Counted from the stretch's first letter, positions 26,205 to 38,780 are shown. The stretch is 64,000 nucleotides of DNA from Octopus bimaculoides (GCF_001194135.2 NC_068986.1:30869068-30933067); one strand, 5' to 3'. Numbers and translations are program-made. The notes: generated from the letters alone by a model not told the origin.

Positions 26205-26312
26205 ATGCATTATCGAAGTGATTTTACTAAACTGAAAGGGACAGCCACTCAAGTGACTGTGGAGTCTCTTGAAATGAAAAGACATGCTGAAAATGCCAAG
26301 AACCTCAGTGCG
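26205..26312 (+). CDS. Lasp: Nebulin-repeat exon 6 (108 nt): MHYRSDFTKLKGTATQVTVESLEMKRHAENAKNLSA
   Basis: aacattcacag|ATGCAT...AGTGCG|gtacta; 36 codons, most divergent repeat. Confidence 0.85.
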
Positions 26313-26659
26313 GTACTAACTCACTTAGTTTGGCTTGGTTGCTCCAGTTAGTCGTCTATTTTTTTTTTTTATCCCTCCCTTTCTGGTTTATCAAGATGCT
26401 AAATATTGATTACTCGAATTAAATTGATTACTTGAATTAAATTATCTAGAAACTTGACTAATTTTTTAATACATTAGCTTTCCTTAAAAATACACTTGAT
26501 TTCAAAATGAATAAAAATAAAACCTATTACAAACCTTTTCCTCAACAATAAATCTGTTTTTGGTACAGTACTTCGAAATGTACCAGATAATGGAAACTGT
26601 ACAGTTCTCTAGGGTTATTTATGAAATTAAGTTATTGGTAGAATCTAAAGGTTTTCTGG

Positions 26660-26751
26660 GTCTCTATAGATTGCTGGTAGGATTGGCTGCACAGTTCATT
26701 GTTTACTGAGTCTCTATAGATTGCTGGTAAGATTGACTGTATAATTCATTG
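26660..26751. repeat. Two-copy direct repeat, period 50 nt
   Basis: GTCTCTATAGATTGCTGGTAGGATTGGCTG / GTCTCTATAGATTGCTGGTAAGATTGACTG. Confidence 0.85.
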
Positions 26752-29168
26752 AAGCCCTTTCATTATCAGAATGGGTCAGTTAACTGCTGTAATCTTTGAT
26801 TGTTCACATGGCGAGACTCTATCAAGAGATTCATAGTTCATTTCCATTTGAATGCATTTCTTCAATCTAACTATAGTCATTTAGTGAAGACATGAATAAG
26901 TTTTCAATGTCATTCCTGTCCAGTATTAACTACTTTATCGTTTGAAGCATCAGTCATTTTTTCTAATTGAAAATTTTCCTCCCACGGAATATTTTTGTAG
27001 GATGTTTGTGTGTGGATATATAGCATTATAAAGGCTTTACAAAAGCATAGCCTTTACTTACAATGTGGTGAGTTATAGTCAAGTAGGCCAATTTGATCTA
27101 GGCAAATGTGGATAAACAGCCATTTACATACATATTGATGAAACTCTAAACTCTCTTTAAAACAAGGAAAACATTGACTTATGTGTTAAAAAAAGAAAGA
27201 ACTGAAGCATCTGAATATTTTTAGTACTGATGTTAAACTTATCTTCTAACCGGAGGAAAGTAAATGTACCATTACTACAATTTCATTTACTAAGCTGATA
27301 TCAGTCTAGCTTTGTTGCTATGGTATCAAAGGAGGCTGAACTGCTATAAAAATTTTGGAATTTCGAGAGATGGAGATGCTCTTAGTACAGTTCTTGTAAT
27401 CATCTAATGAAGTATTTTTTTGAAAAATAGCTTATCAAGACAAGTTTTAAATGTTGTAGACTAAAAAAGATCAATTTGAATTTTATCAAGTAAATATCAT
27501 TTGTAACCTTTTCAAAAGGCTTTCACTTTATTACATTACTATATGGTGTACTTAACTTAGTATCCCCTGAAATCTAGTGTATTTTTCCCCCTTTAAGCTC
27601 ATTTTTCAAACATAACCAAAGTTTTATGTGATAAAACGAATCTGCAGAAAACACTTAGGTTGCCGTGTTAAAAAATGTTTGAAATCTATTTTAGCATCAA
27701 TTAGAAACTGCAGCAACTGAGCTGGACATCTATCCACCTAGAATCATGTTCTATTTGTAGAAATTGGTCTTAAAACAGCAGCTTCACATGTCTCAATGTT
27801 TAGTTTAACTTCTGTTTTTTTGACTGGTTTAGCTTTTTTCCAACATTTGTTTTTACTTTTTAGTTTTATTTATTGTACACATCCTTAATTTTAGCATTTG
27901 ATGATTGGTATCATCTGTGAAAATAGGCAGACTCTAACATATTTGATTGTTTTAAAAGTTATTACCTGTTGGTCTCAATTTAATGAGGTACATACAGTTA
28001 TTAGAATGTTCAAAGATCTATCACCAGTAGACAAATTGACAGTATTAGAGTACCTTCCTACCATCTTGAATGCAGATACTTGAGTTTTGTTTAATTGCTA
28101 AATTAATAGTTGTTTGTTCTTTATTTTGTTGCTGTGTGAGCTTATACTAGAATTTAAACAAAAATTTTTAATCTCTTTTCTCAATCTCTGCATGACTGTG
28201 TTGTGCTGGGAAGCAAATTACACTTAAGTCCACTATCAAACAACCAACTCGTTTCATAGAAGAGAACAGAGTATAATAATGTGTGGTAGTAAATGATTTC
28301 AATCTGGGATAGAAGTTCGTTAATTTCCAGAGGATATTAGGAATATACATGAACTGTTAAACCAAAGCCTTCAAAAATTAGATCCATTCAACAGTTAGTA
28401 ATAATTTTTTTTATATTAGGCCTTAGAATTCTAGAGGGGAGCAAGTGAAATATATTTCAAGCGCATTAGCTACGTATTTGAAATGATTCCAAATAGAAAT
28501 CCAATCTAGGATGTGCTCTTGATTCATCAAGTCTCCTGTATCACATTAAAATGGTCACTCCCCACCACATAGAGAGTAGCTGTTTTCAACAACCACTAGT
28601 ATTAGCAACAATAAATAACACCTGGAAAATTTTCAGGTAGAAAAATTCCCATGGCTAAAGTGTTAAATGGTAAGTTGTTGTTGATTTGTTATCCCAGAGT
28701 TGCTTGATTCCTTAAATGTTTTAAAAGCTTTTGCAAACTTTGAATGTTTGGTTGAAGTATTACCAGTGCTAGCAGAGATCTGCACTTATTTCCTTGCAGT
28801 TGCAAAACTCATGTCATTTGCACAATAACCAAACAAATGCACTATTTATATTAAATTTCTTTATATAATTAAAATATTTTTGTATGAAAGTTTTCGTTAC
28901 AAATACAAATATATTAATATATGTTTTTAAAAATAAAAACTAATTTTCTTTTTAAAAAAATTCCACTTAAAGAATGTAATTTTAACGGATCAGAATTTCC
29001 TTATACAGAGTTTTACAATTTTTTATAAAATGAAAAATAAATACAAAAGCAAACGTGCTCATTAAAAAAAAAAGAAAAAAAAGAAAACCTTGTAATTTCA
29101 AAATTAAAGTTGCCTAAATGTTTTGAATCTTGGGATAGGGTTAAAGTTAAATTTATTGACTTCTGCAG

Positions 29169-29276
29169 ATTCAGTATCACAGTGACTTTGAAAAGCAGAA
29201 AGGGTCTGCAGCGAAATTGACAGCAGATTCTATGGAGATGAAGAGACATCTGGAAAATGCCAAGAATGCCAGCATG
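29169..29276 (+). CDS. Lasp: Nebulin-repeat exon 7 (108 nt): IQYHSDFEKQKGSAAKLTADSMEMKRHLENAKNASM
   Basis: gacttctgcag|ATTCAG...AGCATG|gtactg; 36 codons. Confidence 0.9.
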
Positions 29277-29828
29277 GTACTGAGTGTTGTCTTGCTCACT
29301 CAGCTTCATTACTGTCCATTCATCATCATTTCCATCTTAATTTAGCATACATACAACAGGAGCTAAGTTTAGACTTCTAATTTTCAAATATAGTAATTTA
29401 GCCCTTCTCATTTTGAAGTTTGATTTGTTTTTTTCCCCCCCTTTCAAAGTGTCTTCTTGCATAATTTATTTTTATTTTAGGAATAATTTTCTTCAAAACC
29501 AAAAGGGATTATCTAATAATTTTATGATCTTATTTAATGCTACTTGGATTATTTTAAATCTTTTATAACTTGATTCTTAGGTTCATGATTTCATAAAAAA
29601 ATTGACCATGTGATTGAGAAGTTGTGACTTTGTAGTTGTGACCCCCCTCCTCTCTCCATTGTGTGATACTTTGAGCAAAGTATCTTCTATTACGATCAGA
29701 ACCATATGAAGTAAGTTTGGTAGTGAAAAACTGTGAAGCCTACTAGGTTACTGTGTGTGCATGCAAGATGGTCAAAATTAGTACATCAAATGAAAATACT
29801 TCACGATATTAGTTCCACCCTGTTAGAA

Positions 29829-29900
29829 ACCACTTAGCTTAATAGTACAGAGCACTCAGCTGGTATCTGAGAGGTGACAGGGTTTGATTCTCTATAGCCA
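29829..29900 (+). pseudogene. tRNA-like remnant (SINE head or tRNA pseudogene), anticodon loop CTGGTAT
   Basis: TAGCTTAATAG...AGAGCA, anticodon stem CTCAG/CTGAG with 7-nt loop, GGTTTGATTC T-loop; acceptor stem degraded. Confidence 0.35.
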
Positions 29901-29919
29901 CCTGCTGGCAACTTTTTAA

Positions 29920-30112
29920 GACACTGAGCTGGCAAAATGCTTAGTGGTATTTTGGCCATTTTCACATTTTGAGTTTAAATTCTGTAGATGTCAGTTTTGC
30001 CTTTCATTCTTTCAGGGTTGATAAAATAAGTACCAGTTGAGCACTGGGGTTGAGTAATTGACTATCTCCATCCCCTAAAACTTAAGGCATTGTGCCTATA
30101 GTAGAAAGGAAT
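29920..30112 (+). mobile_element. SINE family C copy
   Basis: GAGCTGGCAAAATGCTTAGTGG...GATAAAATAAGTACCAGTTGAGCACTGGGG...TTGTGCC. Confidence 0.7.
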
Positions 30113-31655
30113 ATTAGTTCCTCTCAAGTTATGCCCCTTCGTGCCAAGGTCAGTTTGTCTTTTGATTCTCTCCAAGGTCAGTAAAAATAAGCATCAGATA
30201 AAATATTGGAAACTAAAACCCTTGAAAGTGGTACCATAGTACAACTGCAGTTCAGTAACCAAAACTAATAATAAAAAAAATTAACAGCTCCTGTTGTTAG
30301 ATTACATGTTCATTTTTTTTGTTTTAGTCATCATTCTTTTGTAAAAACTCTGATGAAAATTAAAAAAAAAAATATAGCAATAAAAAAGAAAGAAAAAATA
30401 AGTTAGTGGGAAACCAATTTCTTCTAGATTTCATTCCTTATTATATTATAGGACCAATAATGTATTGGAAAAGCTAAACTCAATGGCTGCAAACAATGTC
30501 TGGTTTCATTTAAGATCATTAGATTGTCACTAAGTATGTTTTAAGAGCTGAAACTGACATTGACCGTAATAATCTGGAGTCAGTTATGACCTCAAGGTCA
30601 GCATCTCCATGACATAACTGATGAGGTTTTCTACTTAAGTGAAACCTTTTGACAGTAAAGGGAGAGAGATGAGAATCTTATATTATGCAAGTGGTAATAG
30701 CTATCCAAGTGATAGTAATACACATCAGACATGTATGTATACAAGTATAGTGCTAATATCCATGTATTTTGTATATTTATGGAAAAGGAGGGTAGGTGGG
30801 AGACAACTAGGTATCTGCCAGTTGATGAGCAATATTGTTTTTTTTTCTCTTTGTTCCTTAGTGGCAGTTCATATCTTGGTTTATTTTATGTACATATTTA
30901 TTCTGAGTGGGCCAATCCATCAATTTGCCATTTTTGTACTAGAAAGAAGATTCTACTTCAAGGATATATATAATTTGCAGACACAAATGCAGCCAGTTGA
31001 AAGCTCCGCCTATTGGATACTGGTAGCACTTTGTATTTGATATGATATGATGTGTCTTGCTATGTTTTAAAATTCAGGCTTCCCTTTTTAAATAGTATTT
31101 TAAATAATCACTCTTGTTATTTTTGTTCCTTATTAAGATGGTTTTGTTTCCTTTAGTGTAAAACAGTATGTGGCTTTGACTCCAAAGAGTTAATCCTATT
31201 TTAACTATTTCATTTGATTAATCTCTGTGATTAAATAGACAGGTATTTATTTTAATGTTCAGATTTAGAAGCATTATCTTTGTTCAATTTAAAGTCGCTT
31301 TAGACTATATTTAATTTAATTGAATTAATATCTATTTCAAAAGAATTACATTTTCTATTAAGATGAAGTCGTTTTAAGAAAACCATCACATATTTTTGAT
31401 GAAGAGTATCTTGATTGCCATTTATGTATTGTGGTTGGTGGGGGATATTTCCCAGTTCTCATTAAAAATCTGTTGGGTATCGTCTACTTGTAAGCCAGTC
31501 AGCTATATATCTCCAGTGTTTATGTATCTCAAATTATAACTACAGTTTTTAAGAATAACTGGATCATTGTTCTATTCTCTCATTTCAAGAAGTTTATTAG
31601 TAGTTTTATAAACTTGAAAGTGTTAAATTAATTACTTACTTCAGTATGGGATTAA

Positions 31656-31874
31656 CCCTTTTGTTACCATATTTCTGTTGAGATGCTCCGTGTTTCTTTC
31701 AATTAATTTTAAATATAACAAAGAATTTAGTAAAATAACTTAGTTATTAAGCTAGTGTCAGGAACATAAACTGGGACTAAGGTTTGGTGGAAGATTTTAA
31801 TTCAAAACTTTTGAAAACAAGACATTTGTACTATAGAGCCAGTGGCGGTTTCAGGCGGGTTGGTATCAAAAGGG
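31656..31874. mobile_element. TTAA-flanked MITE (family 1), intact ends
   Basis: TTAA|CCCTTTTGTTACCA...TGGTATCAAAAGGG|TTAA; 13/14 TIR match; piggyBac-type target site. Confidence 0.85.
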
Positions 31875-32334
31875 TTAATTTCAGAAACCACATTGCTTCT
31901 CCGCCACCAAATAATTAATAGAATGCCGGTGTTGTTTAGATAAGCTCTTGTATGTTGTAAGTCCAAATCCTGTCTGGATTGATTTTTACCTGTCACTCTT
32001 CTAAGGTCAGTGAAATAAAAATTCATTTGATTAAATTTAAAGACACCTTCAAATTTGGGGTTTGTGCTGATGTTAGAAATGAGTGTTATTGTTTCGATGG
32101 AGGAAAAAGGGTGTCATCTAAGACCATTGCAGAACCTTCCCTAGCCTGCTGGGGGTTGGCATGGGTAAGTTTTGGCTTGAATTTCTGTTATCTGGAGATG
32201 AGTGAAGGATTTTTAGGTATGAGACAGTAGGGATGATAAGAGGGGTAAAGGCGTCTACTTGAGGTAGATTTGAGGAGTGGTAATATGGAGAATGTTAGTT
32301 CAGAGAAGTAGAGGTCATTGTAGTAGTAGATAGT

Positions 32335-32560
32335 TATCTCTGTATGTCATGAGGCCTCACCAGAATCTCTCGAACCAGCTCTGTTTTCTGCCATTGTTCT
32401 GGTCTCATTCCAGCTTCTTCACCCTGTTTGTCTCCTTTCTTTGTCAGTAGTCCTTTGCCATGTGGTTTTAGGGCACCCTGTTGCTCTTTTTTTCCACAGG
32501 ATATCACTTTGGTGCCACCATACAATCACTTTCTTTATCTTGTCTGAGGACATGTCTAAC
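32335..32560 (-). mobile_element. LINE (RTE-like) C-terminal remnant
   Basis: Minus strand KKRATGCPKTTWQRTTDKERRQTG*RSWNETRTMAENR resembles the GRPKTTWRRT...DRxxW end of RTE ORFs. Confidence 0.6.
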
Positions 32561-34441
32561 CTAGTTCCAGTGTATGTATGATAGGTAAACAGTTCTAGTT
32601 TACTGCCAGTCAATCAGATTACCTTTAAGGTGGGGTATGGCCCTGTATATATTGTAGCATCATCATCTTGCAGATAGGAGCAATGAGTCTTTGCTAATCT
32701 GCCAACTACTGGATATCATATTTTTTCCTAATTATTGAAATATTTCTGACTTTATAGTGGTTCAATTCTTGAATCCTACTGATTTTTATTTATAAAGGTG
32801 CTGAATTAATGTTTGAGTTTGGAGTCTGTAGCAAGGCTAAGCTTATGACTTTATTTGTGCTCATTCAGCACTCATTCAATCCAACCATTTGTGAGGTACA
32901 AATAACTTTAGACTCTAAAGCTACCATAAAGAAACAACAACAGCATACAAACAAACCATTCTTGGTACAAGACTTTAACAATAAATGAAAATCAAGAACA
33001 TTTTCATGGAGATCTAATTTGTCCAACATCGAGGTAAAATGGAAAATACACAGCTGGTGGTATTATAAACTAATGACTCGGTAAAGATGCTTAGTAATGA
33101 AATTTCTAATCTTATCAGAAAAGAATGACATAGCAGTTACTATTTTTATATATCTTAATTTCTTGAGAGCTGGGATTTTATTTTTGTGGCTGAATTTTTG
33201 CAGATGGGAAGTCAAACTGCAAATTCAAGCTGATTCAATTTTCCATTAGAAATTTTAGAAGAAAGTAAACTTGTGTTTGTGGTTAGTTGAATATGATGTA
33301 TAGTAACAAATTTTATTGAAATAAATTGCAGCATCTTAGATAATTGGTCTTCTGGTTTATATTAAGTTTAAAACTTGAATTTGTAGTGAGTTAATTTTTG
33401 TTGGTTGTTTTTTCTTATGGTTATTATTAATATTTATTGACATTATCTGATTACTAGACAAGTGTAAAATGGGGTCTTAGAACCAAACATATACATTAGC
33501 TTTACTTAATTCAGTTCATTTTTAGTAATATATTTATTGGGATTAGATTCAAGTGTTGTTAATTAGTCCACGGTCAGCTCTGATCAAGTAGAACTACAAT
33601 CAAAAATATTCCAACTGTGACTTGTTTATGTGTGTATATATCTATATATATATATATTTATCTCCAGAATTACATTGTTCCATATATCCTATTCTTAATA
33701 TTCTAGGGTGATATTTAAGGGAATTTAGCTGCTATTACTTGCAGGTTGAATGACTCGTAGTGCTTACCTCATTGGCTCATAGATTCTAGTGTAGAGACAT
33801 TTTATATTGTTTTCATAATGTAATAAATTGAAATTTTTGTTACAGGTATTCCTGAAGAACTCTAGTTAAAATAATTCTTTTAATGACTCTGCCTATCTGC
33901 ATATCTCATTGCAAATCCTGTCAGTTTTATTTGATACTCCACTTAGACAGAGGCATTGCTGTGTGGCTAAGAGTAGGTTCTGTCCCACTCTGCAACATCT
34001 TGGGCTGGTACCTTCTTCAGTTGCCTTGGGCTGGCCAATCTCTTATGAGTGAATTTCACTGATGGAAACTATTGATTCCATTGTGTGTGAAAGAGAGTGT
34101 TGATATTGACATTTCTTGTTGACACTATTATCCATTACTTTATGCTTTTAAAGACCTGTGGAGTATAAAAATCCCTTACCCCAAAATAGGTGAGGGTTGG
34201 TGACAGGAAGAGCATCTGGTTGTAAAATCCTGTGTTAAGAGCGAGTCGTGTCGAGGTCATGTTAGCATGGAAAAATGGACACTAAAATTGAACAAGCCAT
34301 GTAATCAGTTTAAATCTTTATTACAGGTATTCCTGAACTTTCATAGCTGAAGTAACTCTATCACCAATTCTGCCCATCTACATAGCTTTATTGTAAACCA
34401 TATTCTGTATTTTATTGAGTACTTCCTTATTTACCTTTCAG

Positions 34442-34616
34442 ATTAAATATCATGAAGATTTTGAGAAATCGAAAGGAAAATTCATCACCATTGCTGATGA
34501 TCCAGAATTGCAACGCATCAAGCAGAATACTCAGATTCAGAGTGAGATCAGCTATAAGGGTATCAAACAAACCCGGGATTTTATGGAACAACGACGACCA
34601 GATCAAGCTGCTCAGG
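34442..34616 (+). CDS. Lasp: Canonical Lasp-type repeat exon plus start of linker (175 nt, phase 0-1): IKYHEDFEKSKGKFITIADDPELQRIKQNTQIQSEISYKGIKQTRDFMEQRRPDQAAQ
   Basis: ttacctttcag|ATTAAA...CAGG|gtaaca; lies in ORF 34415..34678; resembles the Lasp repeat KYHEEFEK...VADTPELQRIK. Confidence 0.92.
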
Positions 34617-37170
34617 GTAACATATACCATTTCTTCTTGTTTTCAATGATGCACTTTTCGTTTTTAATATCTAAATAATCCTGTTTAATTTTGAGGGAGT
34701 TTTCTTATGGTGAGCAATAATATTGAATGGTTTAACATTGCTGACTTGCAATAAACAGGGCTTTGTTCAAGTTCTTATTTCAATTTTATTATAACTCTAT
34801 CAGACAAGCAAATAAAACTGAATAGTTTATCAAAACTCACAGTTTACGCCTATCTACATCTTATGCACTATTCTGTCCAGTTTTGTTTGTTTGTTTGATA
34901 ATGGAGAATAAAAAAATAAAAACACATTTTCTCTAAACTAAGAAAGTTAAATAATTTTTCTTTACACTGCACCAGCATAGATTGTAGCCCACTGGTAGCA
35001 GCTAGTAAAAGTGTAAGTTTATATGTTGAGATGTGGACACTCATGTAACATTTCGCTGCAGCACCTCCTGTATATTTTCTGCAACTCTGCACAGTTGCCA
35101 AGTTATCTGTTTTGGTAGATTAAACCCTTATCTGTGTAGGTTTGGAAGAAGAAAAAAATTGACACTAAATGAAATGAAGTTGGTATCAATTTACAATTAT
35201 ACATTTCGTATTAATACTAATAGTCTTATATTAGCATGAAGCCTAAGGCTTTTAGAGGAACTAAAAGGGAAGCTGTGATATTCATGTTCTTTCCTAAACA
35301 TTAAGTAGAGAAATTGTTCCAACCAGTTTTGTAAAGCTAAATCATGGACTTGGTATCTGTTTGCTATCAACTGTGGTATATAAATGTGTTATTCACCTCT
35401 AAAATGGATTGAACTATTGAATCTTCCATAAATAACCCTTTGACATTGAGGTTACTCTCTGAAATGTAATACTCATTTGTTCACATTGATTTAAATCATA
35501 CGTTATCTTGTAGCTTGAGATTTTGACAATGTGATTGTTAATTTTTAGAATGACATTATAGGATATGTGTGAGAGGCCAGATCTGGGCTTTTTGAACATT
35601 AAACAGAATATATAGGCAAGATATGGCCTGTTTAAATGCTAAAGGGATAAGCTGTAGCCTCTACTATAGCTGAAACAATAACCCAACTTTCAGTGACATA
35701 ATCACAGTTGTAGCTTGCAATAAACCTTTCCGTCATATATGAATTATAACAAACCAACGAAATATTTCTCTTTAATAAACCTGTTAAGAAATTTCCAATA
35801 TTTATAAAAATTCAAAATATTTTGAACACTGTTCTGTATTTAACCCTTTCATATCCTAGAATACCTCAATTAAATCAAAACTTCAGTTTAAATAACCTTT
35901 TTATATTTTTACTCCACGCCATGGTCTGCTTTTTTAACTGCTACCTCTAAACAAGATCTGTCTTACAAGAGGTAATTTGGCTATGAAGGGGTTACTTTAG
36001 TTAAATGTTGACCTCTGTTTCCTTTTTGGCACTTGTGTGTTTCAACACTAATTCCTATATAACCTGATATTATTTTACTGTTTATATATTGGAGCAAGCT
36101 TATTTTGTCTATATTTCGCTTTAAAATACTGTTATTATTTTGCCATACTCAACACCCAAATGACAATAATTTTGATTTTATTTCAATTAAAAAACAAAAA
36201 AAAAAAACTGAAACAAATATTATTTTCAGTTTTCCGTCAAAAATAATTTTTCTGATTTTTGTTTTTTTTGTAAATTAAATTCATAAAGAATATTTTCTTT
36301 TTTGATATTTCAATTTAATTTTTTTTCATCTTTGTTTATATTTTCGAAATTCAGACTAACAAATTTGGGTGTTGATATTCTTTGCCAATAAAGCTCAATT
36401 CATTGTCAGTGTGATGTTAGTTGCATGTGTTACCTTCACCCCCTCCCCCATTGTTTTAAGTACTCTCTTAAGCTTAATGTTATCCCAAATCAAAAGATAA
36501 ATTGCTACATTTCCATTGTTTGATCATAGTACTTTACTCTTCCTTCTGCTTATTAGTAATTACTGGTAGCCTTGAATTAACATGTTTAGCTTTATAGTTG
36601 GACTTAATTAATACTCTTGACTTGTATGTGGCCTGGCCTTGTCTCCCCTTCTCTCTCTCTGTCTCGCACGTTCTCTAGCTAACACATCCAGTGACTCGTA
36701 GTGTGGTTTTCTTCCCTTCTATTTCAGAAGCTATTAGATATTGTTTTAGGTAAAGTACAGCTTATAGCTTAGCAATTTGAAAGCAAGTTAGTGTGTGTTT
36801 GTGTCTGTCTCTCTTATCTTTTGGACATTTCTTAAGTGTTACAGCCTTCAAACATAGATTTAGAAAAGGTTATTATTAGAAGATTAAAATGCAGCTCATT
36901 GTGTGTGTGTGTGATAACTCACAAATTATCTAATGCATTAAATAATTGCAAGGAACATTGCATTCTTTTACTTTTTGCAATCATTGGACTGGTGCCATGT
37001 TGTGGTGCCATTTTCAAGGATCTTGGTCAATCGTATCAACACTAGTACTTCAGCTTGGGACTTATTTTATTGATCTTTTTCTATCAAATGGCTGAATTGC
37101 CTTTCTGACATAAAGGGATGCAGCTTAACACACCAGTTTACATAAGTAAGCTTAAAATGGTTGGTAGGAG

Positions 37171-37206
<36 letters not shown>

Positions 37207-38536
37207 CCACCCACCCACACACACGTGTATGTGCACATGCATGCACACACGTTTCCCTCCACACATACACATGACAGGTTTTTGTACAGTTTCTATCTAC
37301 CGAATTTCACTCACATGGCATTTATACAAAGACAGGATGGTCATAGCTGGAATATCTTTGATCATAAGTCTTCTGTATTTGGACTGAGGAGAAGCTAAAT
37401 ATAATCAACAAGAATATACCCTCCTGGTTTTTTTTTTTTTTTTAATATTTTTGCTCCTATGCTCTTTTGTTAGTTCTTGAGATTGATTTATCTTGTCCAA
37501 GAAGAAAGTGACTTAGAGCTAGCTGATCAAATAGAATATTTACAAATTGGTAAATCCTCTGGAACTTGATATCAGTTTCCAGAAACAGTTCTGTACCATT
37601 GCCAACAAGATTGGTTTATTCTACTTTAAGACTTGGCATTCATTTTCTGTTGGAAAACAGTGGTTTGAAACAACAGTTCTGTCTGCTAACCAGTCTCTTC
37701 ATAATTAAAACAGTTTGTTGGTTCTTCTTTCATCTTCAATGGATGTATTTAATAATAGTTGAAAGTAACAAGCACTCTTCTAAAGAAACAAAACTTTTAT
37801 TTATTTATATGGAGGCATAGACATTGTGTGGTGGAGGTATATGGCTTAGTGGTTATGGTGTTTGACTCATGATCATACAATTATGGTTTCAATTCCTGAA
37901 CTGGGAGATGCATTGTGTTCTTTAATAAAATGCTTCATTTCATGTCCTTTTTAGGAAGGGGTATATATGGCGGAGAAACCAGGAAACTAGTTCTGTGCTC
38001 CTTACTGAGTAATCTGGACTAACCAATGTCTTGAATAATTTTAATAAACAGAAACTAAACAGACGCCTGTTATAGTGTGTGTGTGTGTGTGTGTGTGTCT
38101 CCATTTGATTGCCAGTGTTGTCTTGTTTACATCCCTTTAGCTTAGTGGATTAGTAAAAAAGGGCATGACACAATGTGCACTAGATTTTGAAAAAAGGTGC
38201 TGAGCTCAGTTTGATTGACTTGCTATATGAAAGTGGTTCTCCAGAAGGACCAGTAAAAGAACAAAAGAATATTTTGTTCTATTTTTGAGTATCTTATATT
38301 CTTTGTAATAATTTTGACTTGTAGTCACTGAAATTTAGTTCTTTAAAAACTTCTGGGAAGAATGTCCATATGTTACTTTTTACTTGTTTCAATTATTGGA
38401 CTGTGGCCATGCTGGGGCACAGCCTTGAAGGGTTTAATTGAACAAATGAATTCCAGTGCATCTATTGGTTTCTTATACTGAACCACTTTGTTACAGGATG
38501 CGAACAAACACCAGTTGTCAAGTGGAGGCAGAGGTG

Positions 38537-38571
<35 letters not shown>

Positions 38572-38780
38572 TTATTTAATATTCATGTTGCTGTGGGTTG
38601 GATGGTTTGACAGGGTCTAATGTGTCTAATGACTGCATCAAACTCCAATATCTGCTTTGGCATGGTGATTTAAAGGCTGGATGCCCTTCCTAATGCCAAC
38701 CACTTTACAACATTTGTGTGTGTGTATACACACGCATGTTGTAAAGTGGTTGACATTAGAAAGGGTATCGCATGCACACA

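Noticed and set aside
3488-29276. Dispersed ~105-bp repeats as a CRISPR array or satellite
   Set aside because: Eukaryotic context; copies are kb apart, bounded by AG/GT, and diverge mostly at synonymous positions, as coding exons do.
30618-30646. CTGATGA...GAAAC as a hammerhead ribozyme core
   Set aside because: No stem II can form between the two motifs; GAAACC instead pairs with GGTTTTC, and stems I/III are not evident.
30639-31040. 133-aa ORF between repeat exons 7 and 8
   Set aside because: Low-information AT-rich composition, no motif, no splice-compatible segment.
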